Made by a program: the position numbers and the translations under genes
Notes under the pieces: model-generated
What the model was told of the DNA's origin: nothing
Seen by the model: only the letters and a program-made list of their open reading frames with translations
Database searches by the model: none
Part shown: positions 51,512 through 64,000 of the stretch, one piece after another
Layout of the letters: every line of letters starts with the position of its first letter
Position numbering within the stretch: position 1 is the stretch's first letter
Assembly: GCA_030141605.1 (NCBI GenBank)
Contig: JAQGDQ010000284.1
Coordinates: 124,001-188,000 of the forward strand
Direction: 5' to 3'
DNA from: Tubiluchus corallicola
Taxonomy: Eukaryota; Animalia; Priapulida
Length of the DNA: 64,000 nucleotides

Positions 51512-53003
51512 ATCTGTCATACAGCACAGTGAGAGTCATCCTTATAAAAGCTTATATGCTCCGAGTGAAGTGTTTGTGGCGTACTAACAAAAATTTTTTT
51601 TAGATTACATTTTGTTATTTTTCATTTCATTTTTGTTACATTTCTGTCATAAAGCACAGTGAGAGTCATCCTTATAAAAGCTTTTATGATCTGAATGAAG
51701 TGTTTGTGGCGTGCTACCAAAATTGTTTTAGATTTGATTTAGTTATTTATTCATTTCATTTTTTTACATTTCTGTCATAAAGCACAGTGAGAGTCATCCT
51801 TATAAAAGCTTTTATGATCTGAATGAAGTGTTTGTGGCGTGCTACCAAAATTGTTTTAGATTTGATTTAGTTATTTATTCATTTCATTTTTTTGTTACAT
51901 TTCTCTCATAAAGTACAGTGAGAGTCGTCCTTATAAAACTTTATATGCTCTGAGTGAAGTGTTTGTGGCGTGCTACCAAACTTTTTTGGGCTACTTTTAG
52001 TTATTTATTCATTTCATTTTTGTTACATTTCTGTCATAAAGTACAGTGAGAGTCGTCCTTATAAAACCTTATATGCTCTGAGTGAAGTGTTTGTGGCGTG
52101 CTGCCAAACTTTTTTGGGTTACTTTTAGTTATTTATTCATTTCATTTTTGTTACATTTCTGTCATAAAGCACAGTGAGAGTCGTCCTTATAAAACCTTAT
52201 ATGCCCTGAGTGAAGTGTTGTGGCGTGCTACCAAACTTTTTTGGGTTACTTTTAGTTATTTATTCATTTCATTTTTGTTACATTTCTGTCATAAAGCACA
52301 GTGAGAGTCGTCCTTATAAAACATTATATGCTCTGAGTGAAGTGCTTGTGGCGTGCTACCAAACTTTTTTGGGTTACTTTTAGTTATTTATTCATTTCAT
52401 TTTTGTTACATTTCTGTCATAAAGCACAGCGAGAGTCGTCCTTATAAAACCTTATATGCTCTGAATGAAGTGTTTGTGGCGTGCTACCAAACTTTTTTGG
52501 GTTACTTTTAGTTATTTATTCATTTCATTTTTGTTACATTTCTGTCATAAAGCACAGTGAGAGTCGTCCTTATAAAACCTTATATGCTCTGAGTGAAGTG
52601 TTGTGGCGTGCTACCAAACTTTTTTGGGTTACTTTTAGTTATTTATTCATTTCATTTTTGTTACATTTCTGTCATAAAGCACAGTGAGAGTCGTCCTTAT
52701 AAAACCTTATATGCTCTGAGTGAAGTGCTTGTGGCGTGCTACCAAACTTTTTTGGGTTACTTTTAGTTATTTATTCATTTCATTTTTGTTACATTTCTGT
52801 CATAAAGCACAGCGAGAGTCGTCCTTATAAAACCTTATATGCTCTGAGTGAAGTGTTTGTGGCGTGCTACCAAACTTTTTTGGGTTACTTTTAGTTATTT
52901 ATTCATTTCATTTTTGTTACATTTCTGTCATAAAGCACAGCGAGAGTCGTCCTTATAAAACCTTATATGCTCTGAATGAAGTGTTTGTGGCGTGCTAACA
53001 AAC
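51512..53003. repeat. Tandem satellite, ~128-bp unit, ~11.5 copies
   Basis: Unit tctgtcataaagcacagtgagagtcgtccttataaaacc...gtttgtggcgtgctaccaaac...; identical spurious ORFs 383 bp (3 units) apart. Confidence 0.95.
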
Positions 53004-54710
53004 TTGAAAGAACTTTGAATACCTGCAAACTTCAGTGTACAGCATCACTTGTGTGAAATCGGCTAATGCAGGAAATTTCAAATATCCAGGCACAACACTC
53101 TGATAAACTTTGTCTGCTCAAGTACATTCTATTTTTAAGAAGAAATTACTCTTAAAAGACGAAACAACCTTATAAATTTCTCCCTCCTTGGCTGATTTTT
53201 TGGATATTCCCAGAATAGTAGCAGAACACTGCACCTCTTTGGCTGCAGCAATCAGGCGATCAATAAATTAGTGTGTACGATCAAGCAAGTGTACACCAGA
53301 CTAGAGTTGGAGTGCCTGAAGAGGGCAGGTTTTTCTTAACTTTATCCAATTTAATCGCTTATAAATGTTCAAGCAAATAGCATGATTGGATAACCGAGAT
53401 CCTCCTGAATAGAACAGTATATAATTTGTAATCATTTAGTTATGTCTGTGCTCATACAGTAGCAGAAAAATCATACATCTTATAATATTTGGGAAAATGT
53501 TAGAAAGTTTTAAGAAATAAAATTTTGATGAGCATCTCGTGCAATTAGTAAAATCAATTTAAAGCCGTGATCAATTCACGCTTGGGCGCTCTAATTTTAA
53601 ACGAAAAATGGCGCCATCGGGTTTCCGTGCAATGTAAACATTTATCCGGCCAGGTGCTTCAGAATCTTTTAACTTATAGAGCGAACTCTATAAATTACCA
53701 CTTTAAATTTGATCATAACTGATCGAATGACTAAATTTTAGTTAAACACAGTTTAACACAACATTAAAATAACGGAACTTCTAAGTAAACTGTAAAAATT
53801 TCTCAACGCGTACCTTCATCTCAGCTTGCCCTCACAGGATTCACGCTGCCCAGCAGACACCAGCTTACGTCATTTTTTTCAAACATGCCGGCATCGACGT
53901 TCGTTTGGCGGGAGATAAGAAATATTTAAATTTATTTTCCATTTTTAAGCAAAGCATTCTATGCGCACATTTTGTATTGTGATTTCAATATTTTCAATAT
54001 TTAAAATGTAATAAATGTTGTTTGAGCGCAAGTTCTTCCTTTAAATAATATTGGTGTTATTTGCTTGAATTGCATGTATGACACGCTTTTATGAGGTTGC
54101 TTATAATGCTTTAAGATGTTGCTTTAAGAGCTCGTACGAACAGAAATAACTATTTGCAGTGTGTTAGCCTGTTTGGCGCATTCTCAGTCAAAGAAACTTA
54201 ACAGTAGTTCTATTCTTGTATAGTTGACTTAGAAAGTTCTTCCTCTTGGAGCAACGTGTTTTATCAAACGTACACTGGCAATACCCTACGTTAGGAGCCC
54301 TGGTGAGCTTGAATACCCACTTTACCAGTTCAAATAAGATTTTTTGTGTTTTTTGAAATTGTTCTAAAGTTAATTTCGTGGCAGCAGCGAGATGTCAAAT
54401 CAGAGTTTATGCAGTGCGTGAAATTTTCCTTGTTTATTGAATTTTGATGCGTTTACACTAGCAGTGTGAACTGACTTGCACAATCCTGTGTTTTTCTTGC
54501 AGTTTATAAAAATAAATTTAATTTTTCCAGGTTGAAAAAACTAGCAGTTCTGAATACCGATTATCATCATATTGATGTTGTTTACTTTTGTTTACCTTTT
54601 GTTTACTTTGTTTACTTCCTTACTTTTTAGCAGCACAAAGGTTGCTGCTAATCGGCAAGCTGATTACAGTTGAACTGTTAATTAATTTTTGGCATTTTTC
54701 ATTATTGCAG

Positions 54711-54827
54711 AAAGGGCGTGGCCGGCCGAGGAAGTATCCGCGCCCGGAAGAAGTCAACACAACCGTTGCGGCTCCGGCGGTGGAAACGGAGCAGGTTGCC
54801 AGTCACGAGTCTGTCTCTGCCAGCCCA
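54711..54827 (+). CDS. INO80: Probable INO80 C-terminal exon with AT-hook (KGRGRPRKYPRPEEV...SASP)
   Basis: ttattgcag acceptor, gtgagt donor; phase 0 matches the donor at 39956; GC-rich coding-like island; RGRP motifs are known in INO80 tails. Confidence 0.65.
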
Positions 54828-55047
54828 GTGAGTGCATAGTTTTAATACTTTTTAATAAATTTCATTAATTATTTGGTCAGTTTGTTTGTCAGTTGGTTGT
54901 AATTCCATTGGAAGAATCAGGCAGGTGAGTTTGGGTGGTAATAACTGGATGCCTCATTGACTGGTCTCCCATTCAGTTAACAAGCAGATTCAACATTGCT
55001 CCCATTACACTTTTTAGAAGTTGCGCCTTAATGAAATTGCTAATAAA

Positions 55048-55337
55048 GTGGATTTTAGTGGATGTGGATTACTAACTAAGCGGATGTTTACCCGATGTGG
55101 ATTGCTAGTGAAGAGGATTTTTAGTGGATGTGGATTGCTAATGAATTGGATATTTAGTGGATGTGGATTGCTAGTGAAGTGGATTTTTAGAGGATGTGGA
55201 TTGCTACAGAAGTGGATTTTTAGTGGATGTGCATTGCTAGTGAATTGGATTTTTAGTGGATGTGGATTGCTAGTGAAGTGGATTTTTAGTGGATGTAGAT
55301 TGCTAATGAAGGGGATTTTTACCGGATGTGGATTGAC
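55048..55337. repeat. Tandem minisatellite, 33-bp unit, ~9 copies
   Basis: Unit gtggatttttagtggatgtggattgctagtgaa. Confidence 0.93.
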
Positions 55338-57004
55338 CAGTATATTTTGCTTAACCTTGCAGTGCTAGAGGACACAAAAACACTTCTTTTCTCAAACACT
55401 TGTGGTCAGTTCTGACCCCAGGCACTCAAATATTTGCCATAAATAACTGGCCACTGAATGGTCACTTATGTTTCTCAAATCCTGGACTGGTCATGCATTT
55501 ACGTCCAAACACACTGTGGTCACTGTTGGCCTGTTGATGGCTATTAACTGAATTGGTCAGCGTATCGGCCGCGTGGACACAGCGCGGTACATCAAATGTT
55601 GCCGTCAAAAGCTAACCCATTGTCTGAATATACAGGTAGACCATTATCAGGTGTCTTTCTATAGCACAGGTAAACTCTGTAATTGGCTTTAAATTTGAGA
55701 GTGATTAAAGTTTATCTCTTGTTTGGCAATGAGTTAAAGTCAGGACTTTGCGGCTTTGCAAGGGCCGCTAGTAGTGGAGGTTTGGAGTAGTGTTGGGCAG
55801 GTATTGGGGGTGGAGGGTGGTAGGAGGCTACTGAATGTGTTTTAAAATGCTGATAAGTGATTCTGAATTTTCACAAGAACACAATAAATTCAAAAAAGTG
55901 TTGTAATATAATTCCTGTTGTAATATAATTTAAAATGTTCTGTTTTTTTAAACTTTGAGACTTCAGTGTATTTCCTCAAGTAAGGGACTCTTTTGGGGAA
56001 AAAATTGGTTTTTAGCATAAAATAATCAGGTGTAAATGGTCATTTTCGTGTTTGCGTATTTGAGCAATCTTGTGCCTGGTTAGTGAAAAGATGGGTGACT
56101 GCCACTGCTTCGTTTCATTAGTCAAACAGCCCCCGGCTATTTACATTACTGGGGGGTGTACAGTGCACGTCCTGATGTGTGGGATCTCTGTCGATTCTCT
56201 TCTTACAAAATTGTAGTTGATAGATTCTGGCCCCTCCACTGTTATCAACACAGTGTGTGTGAACGACCCTCAACTTGCATAGTTGCATTAATGGGCCAAG
56301 TCGCTAGCATTTTGCAAGAACGTCGTTACATGCGAAGATTTCTCCCATTGCGTTTGTGCAAGATTATTAGACTAAAATTGGCGTTGTCAGTTTAAGACAA
56401 CACGTTTTTATCTCATTTTAATACCATTATTGTCCAATCCAAGAAGGAGAGGAGAGGAGAACCGTTTTTAATTTTTTATATCACCTTGCTATAGTGGAAC
56501 TGACATGTGCTGCTGACAAGCCATTGCCATTGCAGTGTCTAGCTTTTTACTGGATTACTGCTGTGTTTACCTGTCTAGAGAGAGGAGTTCTCATTTTAGA
56601 ACCCTGCCTGCCCTATGTCTAGAGTAGACGTAACGGGTATATGATGATGATGGTGGTGATGATATTGCCGTGGTGTCGAACCTGCAACCTCTTAGGTGAA
56701 AGTAGACGTATTGCTTACCACCATGTACAAAATTATGCAGTGTAATTTAATACTGTCATATCAAGTTAACCATCTAATGTATGCAGATGATATTGCTAAA
56801 CGTATTATCTAGCAAGAATGTCTTGCTCTTCCCCCTCTCTCTGTTGAAATGTTATTAGTATTATTATTTTTTGTAATGTTGTTTTGTGTTGTGTTTACTT
56901 TGTGTGCTTTGTGTTGTTTATTTACTTGTATTTTTGTTGTATATATATATATATATATATATATATGAACGAAAGTTTGAAATAAAGAAGTGAATAAAAA
57001 ATAA

Positions 57005-57008
<4 letters not shown>

Positions 57009-57041
<33 letters not shown>

Positions 57042-57080
57042 TTCTCCCTCTCTCTCTCTCTTTCTCTCTCTCTCTGTCTT

Positions 57081-57128
<48 letters not shown>

Positions 57129-57218
57129 GCTCTCCTTCCCTCCCTCCCTCTCTCTCTCTCTTTCTCTCGCTCTCCTTCCCTCCCTCTCTCCCTTCCTCTT
57201 TCTCTCTCTTTCTCTCTC

Positions 57219-57266
<48 letters not shown>

Positions 57267-57395
57267 CCTTACTCTTTTTCTCTCCTCTCTTTTTTCTCTC
57301 TCTCTCTCATTCTGTCTTTCTCTTTCTTCCCATCTCTCTTTTTCTCTCTACTCTCTTTCTTTTTTCTCTCGTTTTCTCTCTCCCTTCTCTCTCCA
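57009..57395. repeat. (CT)n-rich polypyrimidine microsatellite
   Basis: Directly visible. Confidence 0.95.
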
Positions 57396-58024
57396 CCCCC
57401 AGGAGATGTGTGAACCAAGCCGTATAACCTACATTTTTTCTCCACACAGTAATTAATCATCGGCATATCAAGTCTATGATTTTGTTGTTTTAAGCCGATG
57501 GCTAATTTACATAGAATTCTGGTGGGATTAAAAATGCAGCTAAATAGATTGATTAGCTTCCAAACGGCAGCATGTCAGCTGGAATCTCAGCAGAGACGCG
57601 TGCATCTAATTTATAGATCACGTGATCTAGTCGACACGTGAATTCTGAGTTATTCAAGAATCAAGCGCGTCTAAGCATATGTGAGTGGCGATGATTATAA
57701 CAGTGGCGATGACGACGACGATGACGATGGTTGCCGATGGGGGCGGTGGTTATTTTAAGTGATATAATTTCACTCTTATTTTGCTAAACTCACACAAAAA
57801 GCTTGCAATGATTTCACCTAGTATGAAAAAACGTAACTTTTACGCGTCGTCATTATTTCATTGCTTAGGGAAGATATTCACGATAAGTTTCAAAACAATT
57901 TGACAGGTGTGATGGCACCTCAGTAATTTGGCGACAATAAAATAGACAGTTTTAGAGGTGAACTAGACTCCGTTTTGTTGGAATTTAAATTTACGGTTTA
58001 AAGAAAATGTCAAGCCTTCTAGGA

Positions 58025-58615
58025 ATGATGACGATGATGATGATGATGATGATAAGTCTTTATTAGCCTCTTTTTGCAGGCAAAAGTTTCTGTACTAACA
58101 TTATACAATTTTACATAGACACTATACAGAGTGAATTCTACGATATTACATTTACGGATTCTGTAATTAGCTTTTCTAATTTGTGCGTATAACATTTCTT
58201 ACAGTGAAATTAAACAAGAAGTATTAAAGTGCGTGCTAAAATCAAGGTTATTAATGCAGCAAGTTTCCTGTGAAGTAACATAAAAATGCAGATAAATTGA
58301 TATACCAAATTATTAAATTCCAATTCAATGTTTAAATCCACAAGAGTTACAATCAGTAATCTCAAGAACTACACAAATTTAATCCCTATTTTACTAGAAA
58401 TTAACAGCAGAATCTTAAAATAAAGGGCATTTACAAAGTAGGTTAGTGCCGATATTAAATTTTCATTTTTGGTCCAATACACAAGATTTAAACTCTCATT
58501 TCCCAGTTCGTTTAGTAGTAGATTTCGCCTATTTGTGTCGACTCGAGGACATCGGTATATCAACTGTTCTGGATTCTGGGCTTCCATGCCACATTCACAA
58601 AGCTCATTTCTAGGA
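58025..58615 (-). mobile_element. LINE 3' fragment with zinc knuckle, 3' UTR, aataaa and (CAT)n tail
   Basis: LCECGMEAQNPEQLIYRCP knuckle remnant; minus strand ends ggctaataaagacttatcatcatc. Confidence 0.7.
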
Positions 58616-58624
58616 AGCTAGGCA

Positions 58625-60225
58625 TATTTTACTATTTTGCGAAAAATGTTAGAAGGATTTAGTAATAAAACTGTAATGAGCGCTTCGTGTAATTAGTAAA
58701 ATCACTTTAAAGTCGCGATCAGTTCATGCTTGGACATTCCCATTTTCAATGTCATTCTTGTTCCAATGACGTCATTCATCTTGAAGAAAAGTAGCGCACT
58801 GTCAATCTTCTTTAAAGGTTTAATAAGTTTTTACAAAAAAATTAGATGGCTAATTTTGTAATATTTTTGCGTGAACAATAGGTAAGCTGCAGAAGTTTGA
58901 ATTAGTTTAAGCAGCGCGCACTTACGGAAAGCCACGACGCGCTTACGTAAAACCACGATGCGCTTACGTAAAGTCACGAAGTCTCCCAGTTACGTCATGA
59001 TCTTCAAGTGAATGGCAGCAACCACCACGCTTCAAAATTTCTATTCAGAGGTAGTTTATTTTACATTTAAGTTTTATAGGCAGTTCTTACAAATTTCTTT
59101 GTTATATTTTTCTAAGTTTACGTGATAACAGTAAAATAAACCCAACATACTGAGTGACTTGTTCATTCCTTTAGCACACCACAAACAGTTTAAGTGATAA
59201 GAGTAAAATAAACCCAACATACTGGGTGACTTGTTCTTTCCTTTAACACACCACAAACAGTTAAAGTGATAACAGTAAAATAAACACAACATACTGAGTG
59301 TCTTGCTCTTCCCTCTAATATATTTTCTGTTCTAATTTAAACAAGGAGTAAAATAATTTGATTAATTTTTATTTATTCCTGTGGTTAAGGCTGCTTGCTG
59401 ATTATTGTTGTTTATTGTGTGGCGTGTGAGGTAGCCACGATGGGCTTGGCAAACTATAAAAACTTTATTTAATAAGCAACACATTTATTAAACAACAAAC
59501 ACAACATGGTAAATATAAGAGGATAGTAATGCCAGCCACCCGTCTTCAAGTCAGTTCTTAATCTCTCCCGCTACTGGCATTACTATCCTCTTATATTTAC
59601 CGTTTTGGGTTTGTTGTTTAATAAATGTGTAGTTTATTAAATAAAATCTTGATAACATTAACCACAAAAATAAATAAACTTTAATCAAATTAGAACTTGT
59701 TTAAATTAGAACAGAAAATATATTAAAGGAAAGAGCGAGACACTCTGCATGTTTGGTTTATTTCACTGTTATCACTTAAACTTAGAAAATTATAACAAAT
59801 TTGCCAAGAACTGCGTATAAAGCATAAATTTAAAATAAACTATTTCTGAATAGAAATTTTGAAGCGTGGTGGTTGCCGCCATTCGCTTGAAAATTATGAC
59901 GTAATTGGGAGACTTCGTGGCTTTCCTGTAAGTGCTCTGCTTAAACTAATTCAAATTTCTGCAGTTTACCTAATGTTCAAGCAAAAATATCACAGAATTA
60001 GCTATCAAATTTTTTTGTAAAAACTTATTATACCTTTAGCGAACATTGACAGTGCGCTACTTTTCTTCAAGACGAATGACGTCATTGGAACAAGAATGAC
60101 ATTGAAAATGGGAATGTCCAAGCATGAACTGATCGCGACTTTAAAGTGATTTTACTAATTACACGAAGCGCTTATTACAGTTTTATTACTAAATCCTTCT
60201 AATATTTTTCGCAAAACATTGAAAT
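58625..60225. mobile_element. ~1.6-kb foldback element: two family A arms in inverted orientation around a nested hairpin
   Basis: 58625-59390 is the reverse complement of 59655-60225; 59461-59535 pairs with 59573-59650. Confidence 0.85.
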
Positions 60226-60606
60226 AGACTTTATTTCACATAATAAATAGACTTTAATCAAATTATTTTACTCGAGGCAGCAAGCAAATGCTATCAAAAC
60301 TACTAAAACAAACAAGTCCTTCAATCTCCCGCCAAAACCATGACAACAAGCGTTCAGTACAGGACGGTGTCACGACACCACGCTGAGAGAGGAAAATAGG
60401 CATAAACAACGAATTGAAAGAGAAAAATACCAGCATCATTAAAATACAAACAAATTGTACGTGATATCGGCTAAAATGCTGAAAAATTCTTTCACTAAGC
60501 CGTAATTACTAGAACGCGTTTTGCATAGTTGAAAACAGCCGTTGATAAGCTAATTTAGGGAAAATGTTGTCGTTCATACATGGAACAATTACGGCAACGG
60601 TTAATA

Positions 60607-61095
60607 AAGAATGCAGGCAATCGTACAATATACGAATTTATGCGAGGCAATACAGCAGAGATAATTATTGAAAGCTGAACGCTAAGTTATTGTTGTTGGC
60701 ATCCTCGGAAGACAATGGAATGTGCGCCTAGAGAGTCCGATCCTTGAACGTCTCCAGGGCGCACGCCTGGGCAAGGTGTATGGAGATCCTGAGCTGCCCA
60801 GACAACAGGAACCCCCTCTCTTCCTCCCTAGTGTAGTCCAAAGGAAAGCGGAGCGATACGTTTGGCACCAGGTTGGCCGCAGGAGTCAGTGAACATGCTG
60901 CACTGGTCCGCCCTCTAGCTGTTGGTTGCTTGTACAGCTCCTCCACCTAGTGTCGAGATGCAGTGTGGGCATCCCACAAGCCTACAGCACCTGGTATTCC
61001 TAGGCGGTCACCCATCCAAGCACTAACCAGGCTCTGCGTTGCTTAACTTCGGTGATCAGACGAGAACCGGTGTTTTCAACGTGATATGGCCGTAG
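60607..61095 (-). mobile_element. 5S rRNA-derived SINE (SINE3-type), copy 2
   Basis: 5S head plus the same body as 15445-16020, with internal deletions. Confidence 0.85.
60978..61095 (-). rRNA. 5S rRNA-like sequence (head of SINE copy 2)
   Basis: Matches metazoan 5S; no T-run terminator downstream. Confidence 0.8.
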
Positions 61096-61462
61096 TGAAT
61101 CAGATAAGTTAAGACAACTATGAAACGTTTTACAATTGCGCAGCAAAAAATCAATAAATAATTAATCTAAATCTGTAGTGATAAAGATCACATTTCCAAA
61201 AGATGCTTCTATGAACAGCTCACACATTAAGTCTTTTTCATTCGTAATTTAGTGAAAGATTGCCTTCATTGGTTCATATGTAATCTGTGACAATTTCTTA
61301 TACTTTTATTTCCTTCATACACTCTTATAACATTTCGTAAATGCAGGGCAGCCTGTTTATAAGTCCATTTCTTTCGGACTTCTTACACGTGGAATTCTTT
61401 TTATCAAAAATTGTTTCCCTGAATCCATGTCACTGATACCTTCTATCATTAGGAGATCACTA

Positions 61463-61851
61463 AGCGTTTTCACAGTTTCGTTGTGCGCACGCGCAGTCGC
61501 TGTAGGTCAAAGGTTAAGTGAACCACAGCAGCGCATCTTAACTACATCAGTCACGTAACGTGTTGGTAAAGCAAAGCCGTCTGCCACATCAGTTCAGAAA
61601 TTTCAGTTGTTTTACGTGGCCTTTACTTAACTATACGCACTCTTCTGCACGTAGAGTAATTTACTAGCAGGATCTTGCGTGAGAACAAGAAAAAATGAAC
61701 TAGGTAAAGTTCTAGCTAGCTGTTGAAGCTGTTGCTATTACAACAGCATGGGCTGCGAGACGTTGTCAAGTGTACACAGATGTGTTGTCTGGTGCACTTA
61801 ACCTTTGACCTTTTGACGATCATCAGCAATCGTTGGAACTGTGAAAAGTCT
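61463..61851 (-). mobile_element. MITE family C copy
   Basis: Reverse-complement homology to 45086-45469; TIR remnants ttttcacagtt / aactgtgaaaag. Confidence 0.8.
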
Positions 61852-62459
61852 TATTTTTCTGGACGTAGGATGCACGTCCATGTTTCCATTTTTCTATTAC
61901 AGCGCCTCACTCTGAAGGGGACAATCTTATTTGGGACGCTTTGTATGTAAAAAAGACAAGTGAGCAAAAATGCTGTCATGGTCTGGCCGTAGACGCAGGA
62001 ACATTGTTATGGTCACAAACAGACACTAGCGCACCCTGGTGTCAATTTATTTCCCAAATTAACATGAAAGGCGAGTCATAATGATAATTGCAATATTAAT
62101 CCGGTAAAGATAATCACGTCACAATGAATGAGAACAACTTTCTACACGGGGAGACAATATAAGAGAAATTAAGACACGCCCAGCCAATTAAGAAATGAAT
62201 AAAGGCAGCAAGGATACTGCACATATGCGTAGAGAGGACAGATTGACATCTTATACATGAATAGGCAAAGATTGTCTAAAATTTCAAAACCTATTCTAGA
62301 GGCAACGTAGAGAGAGAGACTGTTGTCTTCTCTTCTATGAATGCCATAATAATTTATGCACAGGTTAAGTGACGGATGCATTATGGGTACAAAAGTAATT
62401 TTTTCCTTTGTCTATCATGTACACGCAACACTAAACTAGGCTGAAATGTTCTCACTTCC

Positions 62460-62830
62460 TAATGTGTTACACTGTGGTCGTTTCTTCTCCCCTTTCCTTC
62501 TTCCTATCCCTAATCTTACTATTTTTTTCCATTCCATCATGTCTACTAACCTTAACCATTCTTTCATTCACTCATCCTCCCCTCCCCTTTCCTTCTTCCT
62601 ATCCCTAATCTTACTATTTTTTTCCATTCCATCATGTCTACTAACCTTAACCATTCTTTCATTCACTCATTTGTGCCACCCTAACAAGCCCAGCTTTCAA
62701 GGTGTCATACAGCAACTCTTTCATTTGGTTAATTTGACTTCATCAACATTTTTTTTACCTATACTGTTTCTTTTTGTTTCAATAATATTGTATGTTGATG
62801 TATTGTATATGTATTGCTGAAGTGAAATAA

Positions 62831-62885
<55 letters not shown>

Positions 62886-62895
62886 AATTGATTGA
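62460..62895 (+). mobile_element. LINE 3' UTR fragment with internal duplication and (TTGA)n tail
   Basis: Homologous to 48245-48490. Confidence 0.75.
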
Positions 62896-63068
62896 TGTGT
62901 TAATCTGGTGTGACCTTGACCTGTGAGTCTTGACCTCTGAAAATCGTCGAAAGATGACATTTTTTGCTAAAATTGTTTGGATATGACTGCTAGGGTAACC
63001 ATGACGTTTTATGTTTGATTTTGTCTTGGTACCATATCACCCAAAACAGTACATACTAAGGACACAAC

Positions 63069-63444
63069 AGCCTTTTCACAGTTTCGTTGTGCGCATGCGC
63101 AGTTGTTGAATATGAAAGGTTAATATTGCCACAGCAACGCGCCTGAACTGCAACCGTCGCGTGACATGTTGGTAAAGCAAAGTCGTCGCATCAGTTCAGT
63201 GACTTCTGTTGTTTTACGTGTTTAATTATTCATTAATCTGCGTGTAGAATGATTTGCTAGCACGATCTTGCTTGGGAACAAGAAAAAATCAGCTAGCTAA
63301 GGTTCTAACTAGCTGTTAAAACTACTATCGTTACATTAGTATGGGTTGTCAAGGTTGTCAAGTGTACACAAATGCGTTGTCTGGTGCGCTTAACCTTTTG
63401 ACCTTTTCACGATCATCATCAATCACTGGAACTGTGAAAAGGCT
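63069..63444 (-). mobile_element. MITE family C copy
   Basis: Perfect TIRs agccttttcacagtt / aactgtgaaaaggct. Confidence 0.85.
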
Positions 63445-64000
63445 CCGCCAATATTTGTTCATTTTTTTAATCATTGAAAACAAAATGTGTTCGTACTACA
63501 TTCGTACTACTAGTGTAATAATGATGAATGAAGTCCATCTGCACTCGTCCACTATGACTACCTCTCCATACATCAGTGGCTAATTCACAGCACTGCCCAC
63601 GCATTCATATGCAGAATCCCTACTGGGAAAAGTCAGACCAGGGCTGGCTAATTCCACTGATCATTATATTAACCCCTTCATTATCTGGACGCGTGCCCGG
63701 CGGGGCGGGGTGAAAGGGTTAGACGCATCTGTAGTACTAGGAGGAAGAAAAGAGCCCCGTTATTGTACTCTCATCGAGTTATTCCACATGCTGAGTTAGT
63801 ACAATAAAAGCCCCCTCTGGTGGAGGTTTGATTAATATGCTATGCTATTCGGCGCGGTATTAAAAGCTCAAAGGTGCTTAAGCCTCTATTATAAAGAAAT
63901 GGGAAAGCAGAAAGAAGATATCAACGACATATTTAAAAACAATTTTGCAGACACGGTGGCATCTCTGTACTTTGGTGACGATAAAATAGACGGTTTTAGA

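Noticed and set aside
55021-55368. SGCGLL repeat ORF resembling an LRR
   Set aside because: 33-bp minisatellite with nucleotide-level periodicity, no ATG start
63570-63660. HDV-like ribozyme
   Set aside because: A cagtgg/ccactg pairing exists, but no P1 partner or L3 consensus could be built

Overview
AT-rich animal (invertebrate-like) genomic DNA with long spliceosomal introns, many microsatellites, tandem arrays and decayed transposons; nothing prokaryotic and no CRISPR array. Genes: (1) two tandem, intronless minus-strand paralogues encoding secreted, probably GPI-anchored LRR proteins with two LRR/LRRCT modules separated by a Thr-rich stalk; (2) seven + strand exons of the 3' half of INO80 (HELICc domain and C-terminal region, 32312-54827); (3) inside the ~14.75 kb INO80 intron, an 821-aa single ORF fusing ~8-9 ankyrin repeats to a Mab21/cGAS-like nucleotidyltransferase with intact catalytic motifs (an ANK-cGLR). 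Next to that ORF sits a lone antisense spectrin-repeat exon, and copies of one MITE bracket both. Repeats include two 5S rRNA-headed SINEs with a pseudoknot-forming body, tRNA-SINEs, several LINE fragments, MITEs, a 1.6 kb foldback and satellites with 27, 30, 33, 55, 128 and 134 bp units. All calls come from manual reading and recalled family motifs; no searches were run.
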